From contig MU062062.1 of the NCBI GenBank assembly GCA_013265495.1, positions 1,025,651 to 1,089,650 of the forward strand: a stretch of DNA of 64,000 nt. The letters are read 5' to 3'. Both the position numbers and the translations under genes were made by a program. This document shows positions 37,701 through 64,000 of the stretch, piece by piece (position 1 is the first letter of the stretch; the number at the start of each line of letters is the position of its first letter). The DNA comes from Vicugna vicugna. Lineage: Eukaryota. The notes under the pieces were generated by a model. It was not told the origin of the DNA and did no database searches. It saw nothing but the letters and a program-made list of their open reading frames with translations.

Positions 37701-38383
37701 GTTCTGACTCCCTGGTCTCCCAGGGACCCCCGTTCCACGGAAACGCTGCAGTCTTTTATGAAGGCCGTGGACTGGGCCAGGTCTGGGCGGTTCACGCAGC
37801 AGGACATCGACGAGGCGAAGTTGTCCGTCTTCTCGGCCGTGGACTCCCCCGTGGCTCCGTCAGACAGAGGTACGTGGTGTGAGTAACGGCACGGGGGCCC
37901 CCCCACCCCGTGATGCACAACCCAGCGTCTGCCCCTGCATGAGGATGGGGCTCGTGGTCTCAGACCCCAGTCAGGGAGGAGACTGCCGTGCAGGCAGGTG
38001 ACGGTCCACGGTGTGACCTTTGGTGGAAACGGGCCATAAGTGACTGGGGAAGGGTCAGTGCTCCAGGCGGCCTCCCTCACCCGCGCTCCCGCCAGGGCTG
38101 GACCACTTCCTGTACGGCCTTTCGGACGAGATGAAGCAGAAGCACCGTGAGCAGCTCTTTGCCGTCCACCGCGAAGCCCTGGTCGACGTGAGCACCAGGT
38201 GAGGGGAGCCGAGTGGCTTGGGGTTGGGGCCTTGACCCCCAACCCCGCGAGCGCCTGCCTGACCCCGTCTGCCTGCCCGCCCGCTGCAGGTACCTGGGCC
38301 CTGGGAGGAGCACGCACGGCCTGGCGCTGCTGGGGCCGGACAGCGCGCGGACCGCGAAGGACCCGTCGTGGATAGTGAGATAG
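16732..38383 (+). CDS. PITRM1: PITRM1 presequence protease, mitochondrial (complete gene, 27 coding exons, 3084 nt spliced, 1027 aa)
   Basis: Exons were walked by hand. All introns are GT-AG, phases are consistent and the summed length is divisible by 3. The inverted zinc motif HxxEH (HVLEH, 20728-20742), [10 protein letters not shown] and [13 protein letters not shown] match the M16C/PreP family. The N-terminus is Arg-rich and presequence-like. Confidence 0.98.
16891..16989. repeat. 30-bp tandem repeat x3.3 in PITRM1 intron 1
   Basis: ggggctcccgcacccccg[t/g]acccctcgcct at 16891, 16921 and 16951, partial at 16981. Confidence 0.95.
18483..18585 (+). CDS. PITRM1: PITRM1 exon 2 ([34 protein letters not shown])
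   Basis: 103 nt; tgcag| acceptor (NAGNAG), cag|gtacgc donor. Confidence 0.9.
20329..20435 (+). CDS. PITRM1: PITRM1 exon 3 ([14 protein letters not shown]...REDRNNLFS)
   Basis: 107 nt; ttcag| ... ag|gtgtgt. Confidence 0.96.
20685..20836 (+). CDS. PITRM1: PITRM1 exon 4 ([50 protein letters not shown]), contains HxxEH
   Basis: 152 nt; gcag| ... g|gtgaga. Confidence 0.98.
21258..21372 (+). CDS. PITRM1: PITRM1 exon 5 ([38 protein letters not shown])
   Basis: 115 nt; tgcag| ... tg|gtaagc. Confidence 0.98.
21451..21547 (+). CDS. PITRM1: PITRM1 exon 6 ([32 protein letters not shown])
   Basis: 97 nt; ctcag| ... ttt|gtgagt. Confidence 0.98.
22120..22280 (+). CDS. PITRM1: PITRM1 exon 7 ([21 protein letters not shown]...HYHPSNAR)
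   Basis: 161 nt; cgaag| ... ag|gtgacg. Confidence 0.97.
23051..23177 (+). CDS. PITRM1: PITRM1 exon 8 ([29 protein letters not shown]...WPEP)
   Basis: 127 nt; ttcag| ... ccg|gtgggt. Confidence 0.97.
23446..23534 (+). CDS. PITRM1: PITRM1 exon 9 ([29 protein letters not shown])
   Basis: 89 nt; tgcag| ... ga|gtgagt. Confidence 0.96.
24188..24316 (+). CDS. PITRM1: PITRM1 exon 10 ([43 protein letters not shown])
   Basis: 129 nt; tgaag| ... gg|gtatgt. Confidence 0.97.
24889..25002 (+). CDS. PITRM1: PITRM1 exon 11 ([37 protein letters not shown])
   Basis: 114 nt; ttcag| ... ct|gtacgt (weak donor; the only in-frame choice). Confidence 0.93.
25187..25283 (+). CDS. PITRM1: PITRM1 exon 12 ([32 protein letters not shown])
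   Basis: 97 nt; tgtag| ... tct|gtgtgt. Confidence 0.95.
25454..25615 (+). mobile_element. tRNA-derived SINE (same family), PITRM1 intron 12
   Basis: ggggagggtatagctcagtggtagagtgcgtgcctagcatgcatgaggtcctgggttcaatcccc plus A-rich tail; near-identical head to the 13549 copy. Confidence 0.85.
25966..26100 (+). CDS. PITRM1: PITRM1 exon 13 ([19 protein letters not shown]...EKVKQYFK)
   Basis: 135 nt; tgcag| ... aag|gtaaga. Confidence 0.97.
27257..27395 (+). CDS. PITRM1: PITRM1 exon 14 ([32 protein letters not shown]...QQIYEK)
   Basis: 139 nt; tgcag| ... aag|gtccgc. Confidence 0.96.
28595..29715 (-). mobile_element. LINE-1 3' fragment (3' UTR plus end of ORF2), antisense in PITRM1 intron 14
   Basis: Recognisable antisense L1 tracts (aattgacatacaac..., gcaaatggcaggatttccttc..., ccctgatgattagtgatgctgagcatc...). 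The - strand ORF residues HHLTPVR...ITGVGE resemble the ORF2p C-terminus. Confidence 0.85.
30967..31083 (+). CDS. PITRM1: PITRM1 exon 15 ([38 protein letters not shown])
   Basis: 117 nt; tccag| ... cag|gtcagt. Confidence 0.96.
31037..31306 (+). repeat. 139-bp-period tandem duplication of the PITRM1 exon 15 3' end, donor site and intron start
   Basis: catcgagccccgcatccc...ggcag|gtcagt...cgtca(C)n occurs at 31037 and again at 31176; the copies differ only in poly-C length (20 vs 11). Confidence 0.95.
32356..32488 (+). CDS. PITRM1: PITRM1 exon 16 ([44 protein letters not shown])
   Basis: 133 nt; cgcag| ... aa|gtaagg. Confidence 0.97.
33455..33575 (+). CDS. PITRM1: PITRM1 exon 17 ([40 protein letters not shown])
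   Basis: 121 nt; gtcag| ... cag|gtggcc. Confidence 0.97.
33700..33776 (+). CDS. PITRM1: PITRM1 exon 18 ([25 protein letters not shown])
   Basis: 77 nt; ttcag| ... aa|gtaact. Confidence 0.97.
33988..34153 (+). CDS. PITRM1: PITRM1 exon 19 ([23 protein letters not shown]...[10 protein letters not shown])
   Basis: 166 nt; ctcag| ... cag|gtgagc. Confidence 0.97.
34351..34451 (+). CDS. PITRM1: PITRM1 exon 20 ([33 protein letters not shown])
   Basis: 101 nt; cgcag| ... ag|gtaggg. Confidence 0.96.
35618..35738 (+). CDS. PITRM1: PITRM1 exon 21 ([40 protein letters not shown])
   Basis: 121 nt; aacag| ... gag|gtgcgg. Confidence 0.96.
35844..35891 (+). CDS. PITRM1: PITRM1 exon 22 ([16 protein letters not shown]), short
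   Basis: 48 nt; tttcag| ... atg|gtgagt; ends in RRLVM like human RKLVM; phase 0-0 as required. Confidence 0.85.
36214..36326 (+). CDS. PITRM1: PITRM1 exon 23 ([37 protein letters not shown])
   Basis: 113 nt; cccag| ... ag|gtatgg. Confidence 0.97.
36904..37029 (+). CDS. PITRM1: PITRM1 exon 24 ([41 protein letters not shown])
   Basis: 126 nt; tttcag| ... ag|gtgggt. Confidence 0.98.
37724..37869 (+). CDS. PITRM1: PITRM1 exon 25 ([48 protein letters not shown])
   Basis: 146 nt; cccag| ... gag|gtacgt. Confidence 0.98.
38096..38198 (+). CDS. PITRM1: PITRM1 exon 26 ([33 protein letters not shown])
   Basis: 103 nt; gccag| ... ag|gtgagg. Confidence 0.97.
38290..38383 (+). CDS. PITRM1: PITRM1 exon 27, last coding ([30 protein letters not shown])
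   Basis: tgcag| acceptor; TAG stop at 38381-38383. Confidence 0.97.
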
Positions 38384-38610
38384 CGGGGCTGGGCCCCTCC
38401 CGGCCGGCGTGTCACTTCAGTGACCCTTTAAGTTATTGTTTCCCCAGAAATCTCGTCCCATATATATCATGCTTAAAATTTTGCCAAAGGAACCGCCTGG
38501 CCAGTCAGATGAGAACTCTTCTGTCTTGAAGGAGCTAGAGCACTCGTGAAGGAACGGAAGTAATCATGTGCTCAGTGTCGGGGTGCACACACTGCAAGGC
38601 CTTCTAATGG

Positions 38611-38616
38611 TATAAA
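38611..38616 (+). terminator. Candidate PITRM1 poly(A) signal (variant TATAAA)
   Basis: No AATAAA seen after the stop codon. TATAAA is followed ~30 nt later by GU-rich ttgtgttgtttt (38646-38657). Confidence 0.45.
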
Positions 38617-39403
38617 TGCTTATTTTATCTAATTAATCCTAGAACTTGTGTTGTTTTAAACGACACTTTGGTAACATAGTAGTTCTTAGAGCCTTTATGG
38701 GGCATGCACGAAGGGACAGAGGTGTCCCCACACCCACATCCGCTTACACGGCGCGGGGCCGGGGTCGCGCCTGGAGGACCCTGAGGGGGCGATGGTGTCA
38801 CCCTCCAACCTCGGCTTCGCTCAGGCGTCTGACTCCTCCAGCCCCGCCGTGCCTTCAGACAGAAGCCACCCTGTGCAGCCTGCCCCCCGCCGTCTCCCCG
38901 CCCGGGTCTGGTCCCAGGCTGTGCCCTGACTGTCCCTGGCCCCAGAGAGCAGAGGCAGGACGCTTTCCGTTGCAGACCTGGGCCAGGAGCTCCCTGGCCC
39001 CCAGGAAGCAGGGGTGGCCCCGCAGCCCCTCATGCGGGCCTTGGGGCTGCACGAGGGGCCGGGGAGCCGCCCTCCACGGCCTCAGCGCGGGGCTGGCCTG
39101 TGAACTCTCCTCGGGCTTAAACCACCTCGAGGTCTGTTTCTGCTTTACAGGAGGGGTCACCTCAGCCGCGCCCTGGTGCAGGTCGGTCTCTGCCTTAGCG
39201 TTGCACGCCTGTGTGTCAGAGCCGCCTTCCCTCCTGTGAGAGTGTCCTTGCCTGTGGTCTGGTCAGGGTCCCTCTAAAATACTTGCCAGCACCCCCCGAC
39301 CTGCCCAGCAGACCTTTACAGCCGCCTCAGCTCCTGCCTGAGGTTCTCAACTTCCACTTAAAGAGAGAAAAGAAACCGGGCACTGGTGGGAGTTTGGCAG
39401 ACG

Positions 39404-39409
39404 TTTAAT
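39404..39409 (-). terminator. Candidate PFKP poly(A) signal (ATTAAA)
   Basis: tttaat on +, ~150 nt after the stop. A U-rich element gtttcttttctctcttt follows on the - strand (39376-39360). Confidence 0.55.
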
Positions 39410-39560
39410 CTGTGGGACACGCAGGTGCTGAAGCAGGAGACAGGCTGAGACAGTGGACGCCTCGTGCTGGACCCGCAGACGGGCTCTGTGAGCAGGGTTA
39501 ACCGCGCGAGCCTCAAAGTGCTGATAAATAACTTAGACGTTACAAAGCAGGAAGGCGGGT

Positions 39561-62817
<23,257 letters not shown>

Positions 62818-64000
62818 CTGCGTCGGGGACAAGCCACACCCCCTCTGTCACCGGGCGCAGCCACGCGCTCCGTGGGCGCACCCGGGAAATCCACGCTTCT
62901 AAACGTGATTCCTCCCCATTTTCTTGTGTTCTCTGATTTCTACACCACCTAATTCTGCACACTCAGAGAGAGAAAAGCCAAAGGGGGAGCTGGTGACACT
63001 GACAGAAGCTGTCATTTGACACCCAGACAAGAGCACCGACCCAGGTGTGAAAATTAAAAGGCAGCAGGCTTGTACATCGAGATTGGTGGAAAAGATCTGA
63101 CTTCCGTCTGGCAACTGCTCAGAGAACTGTCTGCTCTGAGACGTGTCCCCACCCCAGGATTAAGCCCCTAAGAGTTTTGTACAACTGTCACACCGACTCC
63201 TTATAGACCCCTGGAGCCTCCATCTCTCGTCAGTATCTACTCTTTGCTCTCTGGAAAGGCGCACGGGGCTGGCAGATCTGCTTAGAGGGAACCAGAAGGA
63301 TCAGGTCAGGGTCGGGGCAGTCAGGCTGGGACTCAAGCGGCCCTTCCTCTCTGGAGTCACCACCGTGCGCCGGAACACGGTGCCCAGAGACGTCCTGGGG
63401 ACCCGGCTGCCGGCGTCTGACAGCTGCTCTCCACTCCCCAGACAGACTTTACAGAAGTTGGGGTAACAGATTTAGTTCAAGTTTACACCTTTCATATGGC
63501 TTCTGTTAGTTCTGGCAATTTGCTGCCACTGGTCATACTGTATATTACAGTGCAATTAGGTAACAAGACATTCAAAAGAGAAAAGCCACCGAATATATAG
63601 GATTCTCAAAAATCCTTCATTCACAGCTTCAGAGACGATAAAGGATGATCTAACAGCAGACCATCACTATCTAAACTCGAGTCTTGTAAAAATGGATACA
63701 GAGACCCCAGGGGAGCTGATGGTGAGGGGTGTCCACTGGCTGGTGTGAGCCAGGGCCACCCTCACAGTAAAGTGGGGATCAGCACAAAGCCCGACTCAGG
63801 TGGCTGCTGTGAGCATCACACAAAACCAGGTGTCAACAGGGGACCAGGGCGCACAGGACGGTGGAATAAACGTTACACTTCTTACCTTTATTGATAGTGT
63901 TTGAGGCACGAGGCTAAGCCCTGAGGTGGTGACTGTAAGACCTGCATCACCAGTAGCAACACATACTTTCTAGGACAGTCAAACAGGCAGAATGTATGCG

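Noticed and set aside
38408-38430. Iron-responsive-element-like CAGTGA in the PITRM1 3' UTR
   Set aside because: The flanks do not form the 5-bp upper stem with a C bulge. The local hairpin (gtcac-ttca-gtgac) consumes the motif instead.

Overview
This is GC-rich mammalian genomic DNA. The tRNA-derived SINE family present suggests a camelid, but that is inference. It contains two convergent intron-containing genes. (1) PITRM1 (mitochondrial presequence protease PreP, M16C) is complete on the + strand: 27 coding exons, 16732-38383, 3084 nt, 1027 aa, all GT-AG and phase-consistent, with a CpG-island promoter. (2) PFKP (platelet-type ATP-dependent 6-phosphofructokinase) is on the - strand: exons 5-22, 62817-39561, with exons 1-4 outside the window. 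The first ~16 kb is intergenic and holds LTR, LINE, SINE and simple-repeat remnants. Most ORFs in the supplied track are GC-content artefacts. The main finding is an extra, intact 153-nt paralogous copy of PFKP exon 16 ('16b', 46522-46674, - strand) inside intron 16. It has the same length and phase as the canonical exon, good splice sites and 25/51 aa identity. It replaces the Ser of the TVSNN fructose-2,6-bisphosphate/O-GlcNAc motif with Asp (TTDNN). This is a candidate PKM1/PKM2-like mutually exclusive allosteric switch in PFKP. Exon numbering and human comparisons come from my recollection of the human genes, not from a database search.
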